A DNA stretch of 64,000 bases from Candidatus Dadabacteria bacterium. Its GTDB lineage: Bacteria > Desulfobacterota_D > UBA1144 > Nemesobacterales > CSP1-2. Of the stretch, positions 45,047-57,273 are shown piece after piece. The translations under genes and the position numbers were made by a program. Every line of letters starts with the position of its first letter. Within the stretch, counting starts at the first letter, position 1. Under the pieces are notes generated by a model that saw nothing but the letters and a program-made list of their open reading frames with translations, was not told the origin of the DNA and did no database searches. The stretch lies in NCBI GenBank assembly GCA_963805855.1, contig CAWDVW010000002.1:128001-192000 (forward strand), given 5' to 3'.

Positions 45047-46645
45047 CTAAATACTCAACGCGACAGCCTTCCTCTCGGCGTAGAAAAAATTAGTTATCAT
45101 TCGAGCCACTATAACATTACTGAATACAGTAGATATGATCCCTATGGACAGAGTAGCCGCAAAACCCTTAATGGGGCCGGTCCCGAACCAAAATAAGATA
45201 AGGCCGGTGAGAAGCGTAGTAATATTAGAGTCCAATATGGTCCATAAAGACCTGCTGTATCCAGCATCTATTGCCGCCAGGGGAGACTTCCCTACCTTAA
45301 TTTCCTCTTTGATTCGTTCAAAAATGATGATATTCCCATCCACGGCCATTCCCAAGGTGAGAACGAGCCCGGCGATACCCGGTAGCGTCAATGTGACGCC
45401 AAATGCCGAGAGGAATCCCATTATAAAGAGCATATTAAGGGCAAGCGAAATATTTGCGATTATACCCTGAAACTTGTAGAAGACGATCATGAAGACCACA
45501 ACCAGGGCTGCGCCAATCATCATAGAAAACCTCCCTTTGTCAATCGAATCTCGACCAAGCGAAGGTCCAACAGTACGCTCCTGCTCTACATTTACGGGAA
45601 CAGGGAGTGCGCCTGAACGAAGAACCAGGGCGAGATCCTTTGCTTCATCAAGTGTAAAACTCCCTCTGATTATACCGCGAGATGTAATCCTTTCCTCGAT
45701 CACAGGAGCCGACTTAACAACGCCATCAAGCACGATAGCCAGTCTACGGTTTTTATTTTTTTCAGTTAGAGCTCCGAACTTAGTCGCACCCTCTCCCCTA
45801 AAATTAAAACCTACAGATGGTCTTCCAAATTCATCGAATGTCAATCTTGCATCTGAAAGATATTGTCCAGTAACTTGGGCCTCATTTTCGGCAACAAAGT
45901 ATTTTTCGTTCTCGTTTCCCGTCTCACCAGTATGCAACTTAAGTCCTTTTTGGACTAACTCCTCCGGGGTGGAAACTTCATATTTCGCAAGAAGCGTCTC
46001 CTTAGAAGGCCCGGCATCTTCAACAATCTTAAACTCCAAAACCGCTTCTCGTTTAATGATATTGATTATCCTTTCCCTGTCAGATGCAGATGCGCCCGGA
46101 ACCTGGATTATGATTCTATCGGTGCCAGCCCGCTGGATTGATGGCTCAACCAGGCCAAACTCGGTTACTCGATTTTGAATAACCTCTCTAACTTGATCTA
46201 TTGCCCTCCTCTGCAACTCCGTAATATAACCGTCTTTGAGTGTTAGTTTCAGCGATAAACCATCCTCATCGATGTTAGCTATATCTTTATAGTCATCTTC
46301 TAATTTTTTCGCCCTTTCAAGATCACTTTTTGAAAAGAACTCGATCACGAGAGTTTTATTGCTCTTTTCATATCCTTTTACGAGAATCTTATCCTTATTC
46401 AATCCCTCACTTATTAAATCTTTCATGTTGGTCAGTTCGTGATCGATAGCTTCATCTGCTCGAACGCCAAGGAGTAAGAAAACTCCCCCCTTAAGATCAA
46501 GCCCTAGCCTTATGCCTTTATTCGGGAACACCTTGCCCCACCATTTTGGAAGGCTATCACCTAAGAACGTAGGCATTAAAAGTATTATCGAAAGCACTGC
46601 AATCATTAAGATTATGGCTATCCACGTTCTTGATACCCTATTCAT
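45047..46645 (-). CDS. secD: Protein translocase subunit SecD
   Basis: LGLDLKGG, LRSGALP, TVGPSLG and GMAVD.NIIIFERIKEE motifs. Confidence 0.97.
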   Translation of the reverse strand: MNRVSRTWIAIILMIAVLSIILLMPTFLGDSLPKWWGKVFPNKGIRLGLDLKGGVFLLLGVRADEAIDHELTNMKDLISEGLNKDKILVKGYEKSNKTLVIEFFSKSDLERAKKLEDDYKDIANIDEDGLSLKLTLKDGYITELQRRAIDQVREVIQNRVTEFGLVEPSIQRAGTDRIIIQVPGASASDRERIINIIKREAVLEFKIVEDAGPSKETLLAKYEVSTPEELVQKGLKLHTGETGNENEKYFVAENEAQVTGQYLSDARLTFDEFGRPSVGFNFRGEGATKFGALTEKNKNRRLAIVLDGVVKSAPVIEERITSRGIIRGSFTLDEAKDLALVLRSGALPVPVNVEQERTVGPSLGRDSIDKGRFSMMIGAALVVVFMIVFYKFQGIIANISLALNMLFIMGFLSAFGVTLTLPGIAGLVLTLGMAVDGNIIIFERIKEEIKVGKSPLAAIDAGYSRSLWTILDSNITTLLTGLILFWFGTGPIKGFAATLSIGIISTVFSNVIVARMITNFFYAERKAVALSI

Positions 46646-46659
46646 TTTTGAGATCTCTC

Positions 46660-48194
<1,535 letters not shown>

Positions 48195-48207
48195 TCAAAA
48201 ACGACTG

Positions 48208-49008
48208 TTATAAACCCAATACATTTCTCATCGTGTAGACACCGGGAGGTTTTCCTATTATCCATCTCAAGGCTCGGATAGCACCTCTCGCAAAATTATC
48301 ACGATTAGTCGCTCTGTGAGTGAGTTCAACCCGCTCTCCATTGCCACAGAACCAAACAGAGTGTTCACCAATGATGTCTCCACCACGAATGGCCTGGATC
48401 CCGATTTCATTCAGTCCTCTTTCCCCGACATGGCCATGCCTCTCAAACCTTGCAACGTTACTAAAATTCCTGCCCGTAGACTCGGCAATTATTTCTCCTA
48501 GTCTCATCGCTGTACCACTCGGGGAATCCTTTTTATGTCTATGATGAGCTTCTATAACCTCTATATCGAATTCATTGCCCAACAATTCAGCCAGCTTCTT
48601 CGTGATTTCAAACATCACGTTAACTCCAATGCTCATGTTGGGCGAAATTACACAGGGAAACCCGGTGGCAAGTTTTTCTAGCCTCACTTTCTCATCGGGG
48701 TTAAAACCCGTCGTCCCTATGACCATTGGCTTTCCCTTCGAAGAGGCGTAACTTGCAGCATCAAGGGTAGCATTGGGATGAGTAAAATCCACGACAACAT
48801 CGGCCCTGGAGGCTGCTTTATCAAGATTGTCCGAAACAAGGACACCAATCTTTCCTTTGCCTATGATTTCACCAACATCTTTACCGACGGAAGGATGGCC
48901 ATCAATTTCTGTGGCACCCACCACTTCTATACCATCTTCTTCGAGCAGCAGTGAAATTATCTGTTTACCCATCCTCCCCGCAGCACCCGTTACTAAAACA
49001 TTGATCAT
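48208..49008 (-). CDS. dapB: 4-hydroxy-tetrahydrodipicolinate reductase
   Basis: GAAGRMG, VIGTTG and EAHHRHKKDSPSGTA motifs. Confidence 0.97.
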   Translation of the reverse strand: MINVLVTGAAGRMGKQIISLLLEEDGIEVVGATEIDGHPSVGKDVGEIIGKGKIGVLVSDNLDKAASRADVVVDFTHPNATLDAASYASSKGKPMVIGTTGFNPDEKVRLEKLATGFPCVISPNMSIGVNVMFEITKKLAELLGNEFDIEVIEAHHRHKKDSPSGTAMRLGEIIAESTGRNFSNVARFERHGHVGERGLNEIGIQAIRGGDIIGEHSVWFCGNGERVELTHRATNRDNFARGAIRALRWIIGKPPGVYTMRNVLGL

Positions 49009-49017
49009 TTCTGAATC

Positions 49018-49494
49018 CTAAAACGAATTGTCAGCGTTCGGAGTCTCACTATCTTTCCCAACTAAATCGTCAGAATTAATTTCCCATTTATTATCCATTG
49101 AAGACAGCACATATTGAACTTCAACTGTTTTGTTTACGAGTTCATCATTTTTAGGGATCCTATAACTCACGTCTAATTCCGCGGTAACATACGCCTGTTC
49201 ACCAAATATCTGAACGCTTTCTATCCGATAATTCGATAAATTCCAATTAGATTTATCAACAAGTGTCTTTCTCATATTCAACACCCAGCTCTCCTCGTCA
49301 AGGTTTCCCGCGTATAAGACGGATATATAAGAATATGCCTTATTAAAATTTTTGCCTTTCAAAGCATCCAGGTATCCACTGACAGCATGAATAGGTGAGG
49401 TCTTAGGAATCCTGGGACCGGACTTAGGCTTCGTACTGGTATAGCACCCCAATAGTCCGAGAAGCACAATAGTAAGAAGAAAGAGCTTTTTCAT
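49018..49494 (-). CDS. Lipoprotein of unknown function (NTF2-like pattern)
   Basis: Signal peptide with LLGC lipobox. Confidence 0.7.
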   Translation of the reverse strand: MKKLFLLTIVLLGLLGCYTSTKPKSGPRIPKTSPIHAVSGYLDALKGKNFNKAYSYISVLYAGNLDEESWVLNMRKTLVDKSNWNLSNYRIESVQIFGEQAYVTAELDVSYRIPKNDELVNKTVEVQYVLSSMDNKWEINSDDLVGKDSETPNADNSF

Positions 49495-49709
49495 TATGAA
49501 TGGACTGTTACTATACCAAGATCAATCTGGGAAATAGGATATTTGCAAAAGGGTAAAATATCAAGGAATTCTCCGGGAAAATGCCCTGAATCGTGTTCGT
49601 TACAACATTATATCAGAATTTTATTCTTATTTGAGTCAACATTTCAGTAAATGTTTATAATATACTCAATTTACTTGACAAATTCTCCTTCTCCATAATT
49701 CTTGTTACG

Positions 49710-50246
49710 GTGAGCAAACTCGAAGAAGCAGTTCCAGCAAAGCTATTTATGGGCATTATCTATAGCAAAAATGCTCAAGTTTACAAATGTATAAAAACAT
49801 TAGAAAAACGATTAAGTAAAACTGATTTCGTAAGTGAACGACTCCCTTTCCACTATACCACATATTATGAGAAGGAAATGGGTACGGAACTATCAAGGAT
49901 TGTAATCACTTTCAAGGCACTAATAAAAAGAGATAAGCTAGTAAAGATTAAACATTTTACAAACGAACTGGAAGAGTCTTTTTCGACAAACGGCAATAGA
50001 CAAATAAACCTAGATCCCGGCTACATCGCTCCTGAGCACCTGATTATTGCCACGGGAAAAGGATATTATCATCGTCCGTATTTAGGCAGAGGTGTCTATG
50101 CAGATCTAACACTTGTGTACCAGAAAAAAGACTTCAGACCACTAAAGTGGACTTATCCTGATTATAGGACAAATAAGCTACGGAGAATTTTCAAAAATTT
50201 ACGAGAAAGATACATGCTGGAACTAGGGGAGACAAAACTCCCATGA
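49710..50246 (+). CDS. DUF4416 family protein
   Basis: YY.KEMG, R.INLDPGY, HR.YLG.GVYADLTL and WTYPDY motifs; adjacent to yicC. Confidence 0.85.
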   Translation: MSKLEEAVPAKLFMGIIYSKNAQVYKCIKTLEKRLSKTDFVSERLPFHYTTYYEKEMGTELSRIVITFKALIKRDKLVKIKHFTNELEESFSTNGNRQINLDPGYIAPEHLIIATGKGYYHRPYLGRGVYADLTLVYQKKDFRPLKWTYPDYRTNKLRRIFKNLRERYMLELGETKLP

Positions 50247-51112
50247 AGAGTATGACAGGTTATGGAAACAGCGAAGTGGAAACCAACTTGGGGAAAATAA
50301 TAGTTGAAGCCAAGTCCGAAAATTACAGATTCTTGGATATCAACATGCAGCTCCCCGAATCGGTTCTATCTATCGAGCCGGACTTAAACGAAATTATAAA
50401 ACAATATGTTAGTCGGGGTAAAGTAAGAATTGTGTTCGTGTCGGAAGAACTAAAGAGGAGGACCCCGGTTATGAACATCGAACTTGCCAAGGACTCATTT
50501 CGCATGCTGGAAAAATTAAAGAAGGAATTGTTGATTCAAGATAAAACGAGACTCGAACATGTCTTACTCTTAAAGGAATTCTTCTCCTATGAATCCAAAC
50601 CCGCACTGAACAAGGTCTATTTAAACAATATAAAAACTGCGCTAAGAAATGCTATGAGAAGGCTAGATGAGGCACGGATTTCCGAAGGAACGAAGATCGA
50701 GAAGGACCTTAGAAGTAGAATACAAAAATTAGAAAAAATCATGAAGCAGGTTAACGCGAAAAGAAGCGGCTTTAAAAAAACATTTTCAGAGAACATTAAA
50801 AGCAGGATAAATAAGTTATTGGATGATAAGCAACTCGATGAAAGCAGACTTAACCAAGAAATCGCATTGATGGCCGAACGAACCGATATCACAGAAGAAA
50901 TTATAAGGCTTAAAGCGCACATAAGTAAGTTTAATGAAACGATCAAAAAAAATCATTCCATAGGTAGAGAATGCGATTTTCTCTTACAGGAGATGAATCG
51001 AGAGGCAGGGACTATCTCTGCCAAATCAAAGGATGCATCTATTTCGCACCTGATAATCGATTTTCGTTCAGAAATCGAAAAAATGCGGGAGCAAGTCCAG
51101 AACATAGAGTAA
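50243..51112 (+). CDS. yicC: YicC/YloC family endoribonuclease
   Basis: KSMTGYG, DITEEIIRL.AH, GR..DFLLQEMNRE and EK.REQVQNIE motifs. Confidence 0.9.
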   Translation: MKSMTGYGNSEVETNLGKIIVEAKSENYRFLDINMQLPESVLSIEPDLNEIIKQYVSRGKVRIVFVSEELKRRTPVMNIELAKDSFRMLEKLKKELLIQDKTRLEHVLLLKEFFSYESKPALNKVYLNNIKTALRNAMRRLDEARISEGTKIEKDLRSRIQKLEKIMKQVNAKRSGFKKTFSENIKSRINKLLDDKQLDESRLNQEIALMAERTDITEEIIRLKAHISKFNETIKKNHSIGRECDFLLQEMNREAGTISAKSKDASISHLIIDFRSEIEKMREQVQNIE

Positions 51113-51258
51113 ATGTGGCTTTTACTTCGTTGATTATTTTAAGATTGTAAATACTATTATGATCCATTCTGTTGAATGTGCACAGGTCGTATGTTAACAT
51201 TCGTGACCATTTCGCTGCTAACTGTATTGGTCCATAAAAATCAGACAGGAGTCTAAGT

Positions 51259-52134
51259 ATGAGTATACTTGTCAATAAAAACACAAGAGTAATAGTTCAA
51301 GGAATAACTGGTAGTACTGGTATCTTTCATGCCACTCAGTGCCGTGAGTATGGTACAAAGGTAGTCGGCGGCGTTACGCCGGGAAAGGGAGGAACAGAAA
51401 TAGAGGGTTTCCCGGTATTTAATACCGTTTCAGAAGCCGTAGAACAAACAAAGGCAAATACATCTCTAATATTTGTGCCTGCACCTTTTGCAATGGATTC
51501 TATCGTAGAGGCAGTCGATGCGGGCGTCAAGCTCGTGGTATGCATTACCGAAGGCATTCCGACCCTCGATATGGTTAAGGTAAAGAATTACATAAAGGGA
51601 AAAAATGTGAGACTAATCGGTCCTAATTGCCCTGGTGTTATTACCCCGGGCGAGGCTAAAGTTGGAATCATGCCAGGATATATTCATACCCCGGGTAGAG
51701 TCGGAATTGTATCACGGAGTGGAACATTGACTTACGAAGCGGTCTGGCAGTTAACGGAAATTGGCATAGGCCAATCCACCTGTGTGGGAATCGGTGGAGA
51801 CCCGATTATTGGATCAACTTTTATTGATATATTAAAGCTCTTCGAAAAGGACAAAAATACAGATGGAGTGATTCTGATCGGTGAGATTGGAGGAAGCGCT
51901 GAAGAAGAAGCTGCCGAATTCATTAAAGAAACATTTAGCAAACCTGTAGTTGCATTCATTGCAGGCGCAACGGCGCCAAAGGGTAAGAGAATGGGACATG
52001 CGGGAGCCATCATCTCAGGAGGTTCTGGCACCGCTAAAGAAAAACAAGAGGCTTTAGGACGCGCTGGCGTTACCGTTTGCCCAAGCCCGGCGGAAATGGG
52101 TAAAACCCTCAAAGAAGCCCTAAGATTGATTTGA
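51259..52134 (+). CDS. sucD: Succinyl-CoA synthetase alpha subunit
   Basis: [23 protein letters not shown] and MGHAGA (phospho-His) motifs. Confidence 0.97.
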   Translation: MSILVNKNTRVIVQGITGSTGIFHATQCREYGTKVVGGVTPGKGGTEIEGFPVFNTVSEAVEQTKANTSLIFVPAPFAMDSIVEAVDAGVKLVVCITEGIPTLDMVKVKNYIKGKNVRLIGPNCPGVITPGEAKVGIMPGYIHTPGRVGIVSRSGTLTYEAVWQLTEIGIGQSTCVGIGGDPIIGSTFIDILKLFEKDKNTDGVILIGEIGGSAEEEAAEFIKETFSKPVVAFIAGATAPKGKRMGHAGAIISGGSGTAKEKQEALGRAGVTVCPSPAEMGKTLKEALRLI

Positions 52135-52154
52135 AGAAAATCACAATACAATAA

Positions 52155-52301
52155 TAGTAGGCGATCGCCCACTATGACCAAAATCATTCACTGCCAAACC
52201 GATATTGCATACCCAGTAGGGAACGCATATATGCGTTCCCTACATCGTTAATCATAAATTCTTGCAAATTATGGCAAATCCGGACGACCAAAATCGTCCG
52301 G
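52155..52301. repeat. Cluster of palindromes incl. perfect 28-bp GTAGGGAACGCATATATGCGTTCCCTAC
   Basis: Hairpins at 52155-52174, 52216-52243 and 52280-52301 between convergent genes. Confidence 0.7.
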
Positions 52302-52342
52302 CACAATAAAACCGTGTTACAACGACAATGCACTGGCTATAA

Positions 52343-52513
52343 CTATTCGATGTTTATAGCTTCCTCAATCAGCATTATGGGAATGCCGTCCTTGATTGGG
52401 TATAAAAGCTTACATTGTTCGCAAATAAACCCAGACTCATCTTCTTTGAGCTTTAAATCACCTTTACACTTCGGACATGCAAGAATCTCTAAAAGCTTTT
52501 TATCGATTGGCAT
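52343..52513 (-). CDS. Trm112/YcaR family protein (56 aa, below the ORF-track cutoff)
   Basis: Manual translation MPIDKKLLEILACPKCKGDL...CEQCKLLYPIKDGIPIMLIEEA; AGGAGG RBS. Confidence 0.92.
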   Translation of the reverse strand: MPIDKKLLEILACPKCKGDLKLKEDESGFICEQCKLLYPIKDGIPIMLIEEAINIE

Positions 52514-52544
52514 TCTAACCTCCTATTTGAAGAGTCTTAAAACA

Positions 52545-52599
52545 GTAGCGGAGGTCTTTAGACCTCCAAAAAAAATGGAATCCTAAAGGATTCCGCTAC
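52545..52599. repeat. GTAG-type REP-like inverted doublet
   Basis: GTAGCggaggtctttagacctcc-A-rich spacer-ggaatcctaaaggattccGCTAC. A related single arm lies at 15035-15057. Confidence 0.7.
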
Positions 52600-52620
52600 G
52601 ATTATACTCTTAAGACAAAC

Positions 52621-53583
52621 TCAAGTTCCGTAAAGATCTAAATTCTCCTTTAGCCAATCATAATGTCTTCGTAAGCCCTCTTTAATATCAAACTTGGGAG
52701 CATACCCGAGATCTCTCTTGGCATTTGATACATCAGCATAGGTATGCATTGCATCTCCTCTTTGAGCCTCTATAAATTTCAGGTCTGCCTTTTTCCCTGA
52801 TACCTCTTCAATAATATTCAAAGATTCAATAAGCTTCACTCTGCTTCCGCCTCCGATATTGTAAATCCCTCCCTCTTTCCCATTGAGAAAGGCGCGCACA
52901 TTCGCATCAACAGCGTCATCTACATACGTAAAATCCCTTGTCTGCTCCCCATTACCATAGATTTCTATTTGTCTTTCATCAAGAATAGCGGATATAAATC
53001 TATGAAAAGCCATATCCGGTCGTTGCCTTGGTCCATAAACTGTAAAATATCTTAGAGAAACTGTCGGTACCCTATAACATTCGAAGTACAGTGATGCTAA
53101 GTTCTCGCCGGCAAGCTTAGTAACTCCATAAGGCGAAATCGGCGATTTAGGATTTGATTCTCGTACGGGAAGCTCCATAGCGTCTCCATAGACTGATGAG
53201 GAAGAGGCATAAATAAACTTCTTAATCCTTTTATCCTTGCATGCCTCAAGCAAGGTTTGAGTTGCGTTTATATTGTTCACGGTATATTGTTCAAAGTTCT
53301 GTCCCCAACTTGATCGTACCCCTGGAATCGCAGCCTGATGATAAACCACATCAACCTGGTCAACTATTTCGCTAAGATTTATGTCGCCTATGCTTGCTTC
53401 GACAAATTTAAACTTAGAACTCTGCAATAAGCCCTTTATGTTGTTTTCTTTGATATGCTTTGGATAGTTATCGACAAATGAATCAATACCAATTAATTCA
53501 TATCCTTCCCTAAGTAGCCTTTCAGCAAGATGTGATCCGATGAAACCTGCTACACCTGTTATAAGACACTTCACTATGTTCAT
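52621..53583 (-). CDS. NAD-dependent nucleotide-sugar epimerase/dehydratase (UDP-glucuronate epimerase-like)
   Basis: GVAGFIGS, ASSSSVYG, YGVTK, RYFTVYGPRQRPDMA and RDFTYVDD motifs. Confidence 0.9.
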   Translation of the reverse strand: MNIVKCLITGVAGFIGSHLAERLLREGYELIGIDSFVDNYPKHIKENNIKGLLQSSKFKFVEASIGDINLSEIVDQVDVVYHQAAIPGVRSSWGQNFEQYTVNNINATQTLLEACKDKRIKKFIYASSSSVYGDAMELPVRESNPKSPISPYGVTKLAGENLASLYFECYRVPTVSLRYFTVYGPRQRPDMAFHRFISAILDERQIEIYGNGEQTRDFTYVDDAVDANVRAFLNGKEGGIYNIGGGSRVKLIESLNIIEEVSGKKADLKFIEAQRGDAMHTYADVSNAKRDLGYAPKFDIKEGLRRHYDWLKENLDLYGT

Positions 53584-53804
53584 TACCTCCAGCGCTATTT
53601 GTCGCTTGTAAAATAACTAACTGATTCATGCTCCCCCGTATAGGCACCAAAACACTCGGTCTCGCAGTTCATCGCTGTAGATGCTAGATAATTAGCAACA
53701 ATCGCATAGATTTTAAATGGGCATTCAAAAAATTGCCAAAATCAATTCCGGAAGCGTTAAAAAAAAATTTGGGGTTGTGGTTAGATTAAATATTTTAGTC
53801 TTTT

Positions 53805-53991
53805 TGTCATCCCCGAGGATAGTTGTCGGGGATCCAGATGTAAAAGCATGGATTCCCTATTAAGACATTAGGGAATGACAACAAGGGGACAGCCTTGTCC
53901 TGAGCACAGTCGAAGGGTTGTTTCTTTGTATCAAGACAAAGAAAATAAAAAATTAAACAATGGATCCCCGATTGAAACATTCGAGGATGAC
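53805..53991. repeat. GTCATYCC...GGRATCCA palindromic repeat cluster (three units)
   Basis: Units at 53805-53837, 53849-53880 (inverted) and 53961-53991 (inverted), plus a CTGAGC..GTCGAAG unit at 53897-53917. Confidence 0.65.
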
Positions 53992-54189
53992 GGATGGGTA
54001 AGTTTCGAGGAAATTTATTATTTTTTGGATTCTGTCATCTAATTACGAGACATTTACAGCAATGACAACTCAAACCCTGTAGCAAGCCGCAGGGAACTAT
54101 CGACTTCGATCCAAAAAAGCTAATTATCCAGGATGATACACCAAGAGCAACAGAGATGTAAGTGCTGAAATCGCTATTATTTAATCGGG

Positions 54190-54217
54190 TTGACAAAAGC
54201 CCAGGTTTTTATAAGAT
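54190..54217 (+). promoter_or_regulatory. Putative sigma70 promoter
   Basis: TTGACA-16 nt-TAAGAT upstream of the hydantoinase B gene. Confidence 0.35.
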
Positions 54218-54280
54218 AAGAATCTACTGTGGATCAAATAAAACAGAATCATATCATATTTCAAGTTGCTACGAATTAAG

Positions 54281-55840
54281 ATGCCGTTAAGTCCATTTGA
54301 ACTAGAGATATTTCGAAATATTTTAAGCTCGATCGCCGAAGAGATGGGCATGATACTTGTTCGAGCCGCCTTTTCACCTAACATAAAGGAAAGAAGAGAT
54401 CTCTCTTGCGCAATCTTTGAATCAAACGGAGAGATGATCGCGCAGGCTGCTCATATTCCGGTTCATCTCGGCTCTATGAGCTTTTCAGTAAAATCAGTAT
54501 TGGAGCAATTGGATATACGGGAAGGAGATATATTTATTTTGAATGATCCATTCAGGGGCGGAACCCATCTACCAGACGTTACATGTATCGCACCTGTTTT
54601 TATAGACAAAAAACCCGAATTCTTCATAGCCGCACGAGCCCATCATGCCGATATTGGCGGATCCGCACCGGGATCAATGCCCCTTTCCTCATCAATTTAT
54701 GAGGAGGGTATCATCATACCTCCATCCAAGCTTTACAATAAAGGTCGTCTAAGCCGATCCCTTTTTGAGAAAATCATCTATTCATCCAGGGATCCAGAAG
54801 AGAGGGAAGGAGATTTCAGAGCACAGGTAGGTGCCCTTAAACTAGGAATAAAGAGGATAAAAGAGGTCGCGGAAAAGTATCAATTAAAAAGGGTAAGAGA
54901 GGCTGGAAGCGAACTCCTCAATTACAGCGAAAGAATGATGAGGAAGGTTATAAGGGATATACCCGATGGTGCGTATAAATTTGAAGATCATTTAGATAAT
55001 GACGGAATAGGAACAAATAACATCAAAATAAAAACCTCTGTTAAAATCGACGGAGAAAAAGCAAATGTCGATTTTGCCGGGAGTTCAATACAGGTAAAGG
55101 GTAGCCTGAATGTCCCGCTTAGTGTTACAACCGCGGCGGTTTTATACGTATTTCAATGTCTGGCACCCCAAGATTTGCCTTTGAATTCCGGCCCCCTGAG
55201 AGTAATTAAAATTATTGCGAAAAAAGGAACTATTCTCAATGCACAATTCCCTGCCGCAGTTTCGGCCGGGAATGTAGAGACATCGCAGCGCATCGTGGAC
55301 GTCGTATTTGGAGCACTGAGTAAGGTAACTCCAAAAAGGATTCAAGCGGCCAGTTCCGGCACGATGAACAATTTTGCTTTCGGCGGTAAAAATCCAACAA
55401 CGGGAAAAACATTTGCATATTACGAGACTATTGCTGGCGGGATGGGAGGCAGATATGGAAAAGACGGGGTAAGCGCTGTACAAACTCATATGACGAATAC
55501 ACTCAACACCCCTATAGAAGCCCTAGAAAGAGAACTCCCCATCAGAATCGATGAGTATTCCATTCGAGCGGGGAGCGGCGGTAGTGGCAAATACAAAGGC
55601 GGAGATGGCATTACCAGAAGATACAAATTCCTTTCAGATGCCAAAGTATCTCTAATTACAGAGAGGAGAAAATTTGCCCCTTATGGAATATATGGGGGAA
55701 AACCGGGAAAGAAGGGACGCAATTCCCTGATCAAAAATAACAAACTAAATATTCTTCCGGCTAAAGTTTCGCTAGACGTGAAAAAAGGAGATAATTTAAG
55801 AATAGAGACCCCAGGTGGTGGAGGCTGGGGAAGGAAGTAA
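54281..55840 (+). CDS. Hydantoinase B / 5-oxoprolinase family subunit
   Basis: SPNIKERRD.SCA, HIPVHLG, NDPF.GGTHLPD, GNVETSQR and TPGGGG motifs. Confidence 0.93.
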   Translation: MPLSPFELEIFRNILSSIAEEMGMILVRAAFSPNIKERRDLSCAIFESNGEMIAQAAHIPVHLGSMSFSVKSVLEQLDIREGDIFILNDPFRGGTHLPDVTCIAPVFIDKKPEFFIAARAHHADIGGSAPGSMPLSSSIYEEGIIIPPSKLYNKGRLSRSLFEKIIYSSRDPEEREGDFRAQVGALKLGIKRIKEVAEKYQLKRVREAGSELLNYSERMMRKVIRDIPDGAYKFEDHLDNDGIGTNNIKIKTSVKIDGEKANVDFAGSSIQVKGSLNVPLSVTTAAVLYVFQCLAPQDLPLNSGPLRVIKIIAKKGTILNAQFPAAVSAGNVETSQRIVDVVFGALSKVTPKRIQAASSGTMNNFAFGGKNPTTGKTFAYYETIAGGMGGRYGKDGVSAVQTHMTNTLNTPIEALERELPIRIDEYSIRAGSGGSGKYKGGDGITRRYKFLSDAKVSLITERRKFAPYGIYGGKPGKKGRNSLIKNNKLNILPAKVSLDVKKGDNLRIETPGGGGWGRK

Positions 55841-55846
55841 GACGTT

Positions 55847-55910
55847 AGAATTTAGAATTCAGAATATAGACGCAAGAAGATAAACCGCTGAATTCTGACT
55901 CCTGACTTCT
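55847..55910. repeat. Second heptamer inverted array (AGAATTY / CTGAMTY)
   Basis: agaattt agaattc agaatat ... ctgaatt ctgactc ctgactt. 55888-55910 is identical to 43524-43546 (23 bp). Confidence 0.65.
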
Positions 55911-55968
55911 GTGTTCCGACTACTTATCCTGGTGCCTTCGTGGCTTGGAATTGATAAAATTAAGAACG

Positions 55969-57195
55969 ATGGATTATCCCAAGCTAAACAATATAGAAGC
56001 CTTTCCGGTCGAATACCGAGGGCAAAACCTTATCTGCCTCAGAGACCCCCGTAATGTAAGGGGAAATGCGTTATTTGTATCTCCTACAACCCTTTTCATA
56101 ATCCAACATTTCGACGGAAAGCATTCAATAGTTGATATTCAAAAAAGTTATATGGAGAGATTTCGATCAATACTTTTCAGAGATGATATAACGAAGCTCA
56201 TCGAACAACTGGATGAGTCACTTTTACTGCAAAGCGAGCGCTACCAGGGGTATCAAAAGAGAATTCGAGAAGAGTTTGACAAGTCAATTTTCAGGGAGCC
56301 GAGCCATGCCGGACTATCCTACCCTCGGGAAAGAGAAGAATTAGTAAAGTGGCTCAACAGTTTCATCGACAATGCGAATCAACAACCTCCTACAAATTCA
56401 GAAAACGGAAAAATCACTGGTCTTATTTCACCTCATATAGACTTCAAGCGGGGCGGACGTTCATATGCCTTAGCGTATAAGGAATTGATTGATCACACGG
56501 AAGCCGATGTATTTATAATCTTTGGAACATCTCATTATGCAGAAGTAGAAAATCCCTTCTTGCTCACTAGGAAAAATTTCAAATCACCCCTCGGCGAGGT
56601 CGAGACTGATGTTGAACTGATTGAAAGGCTCACAACATCCTGCGACTGGGATCTTTTTGAAGGCGAAATTGCCCACATGACCGAACACTCGATCGAATTT
56701 CAAGTAGTTTTTCTTCAATATCTGTTCGGTAATCGCAAACAATTCAAGATCCTGCCGATCCTTTGTAATTCATTTCAGAGTATGATTCAAAATGGAAATT
56801 CTCCAGCGGATGATGTAAGGGTATCAACTTTTCTCGAATCAATTAAAGACATCATTTCAACGCTCGGCAATAGGGTCTTCATAATTGCAGGAGCCGATCT
56901 GGCACATGTTGGTCAGAAATTTGGGGATGTCGAGCCTGTAAATGAATCGACCCTCAGGTGGATCAAGGAGAGGGATCTACTAAGCCTTTCATTCACGGAA
57001 CAAATTAATTCCGACGGGTTCTATCGATCTGTAGAAGAAGAGAAAGATAGGAGAAAGGTCTGCGGCCTTTCACCAATTTATTCCCTTCTCTCAACGATAA
57101 ATGCAAAAAAGGGTAAATTGATCGATTATGATCAAGCCCTTGAGCCCGACACGGGTTCGGTTGTAAGCTTCGCGAGCGTCGGGTTCTATTCCTAG
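55969..57195 (+). CDS. MEMO1-family (AmmeMemoRadiSam protein B) with N-terminal extension
   Basis: HAG.SYP, ISPHID, GTSH, EHSIEFQ, ADLAHVG and VCG motifs. Confidence 0.88.
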   Translation: MDYPKLNNIEAFPVEYRGQNLICLRDPRNVRGNALFVSPTTLFIIQHFDGKHSIVDIQKSYMERFRSILFRDDITKLIEQLDESLLLQSERYQGYQKRIREEFDKSIFREPSHAGLSYPREREELVKWLNSFIDNANQQPPTNSENGKITGLISPHIDFKRGGRSYALAYKELIDHTEADVFIIFGTSHYAEVENPFLLTRKNFKSPLGEVETDVELIERLTTSCDWDLFEGEIAHMTEHSIEFQVVFLQYLFGNRKQFKILPILCNSFQSMIQNGNSPADDVRVSTFLESIKDIISTLGNRVFIIAGADLAHVGQKFGDVEPVNESTLRWIKERDLLSLSFTEQINSDGFYRSVEEEKDRRKVCGLSPIYSLLSTINAKKGKLIDYDQALEPDTGSVVSFASVGFYS

Positions 57196-57273
57196 ATGCA
57201 CGATACACGATACATGATCCAGGATATGTGAAGTTGATTTTCATCCTGAATCTTGCATCATGCATCTTGCATC
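57195..57273. repeat. Inverted arrays of 7-bp GATNCAN units
   Basis: gatgcac gatacac gatacat gatccag ... ctgaatc ttgcatc atgcatc ttgcatc. Confidence 0.7.

Noticed and set aside
45489-46178. 229-aa plus-strand ORF (and similar ones at 12679-13206, 28356-28883, 43730-44278, 51732-52187)
   Set aside because: Antisense shadows of well-supported genes (secD, cax, gmhA, DUF456/secF, sucD) with no motifs of their own.
52314-52586. 90-aa plus-strand ORF
   Set aside because: It is antisense to the real 56-aa Trm112-family gene and runs into a REP-like doublet.
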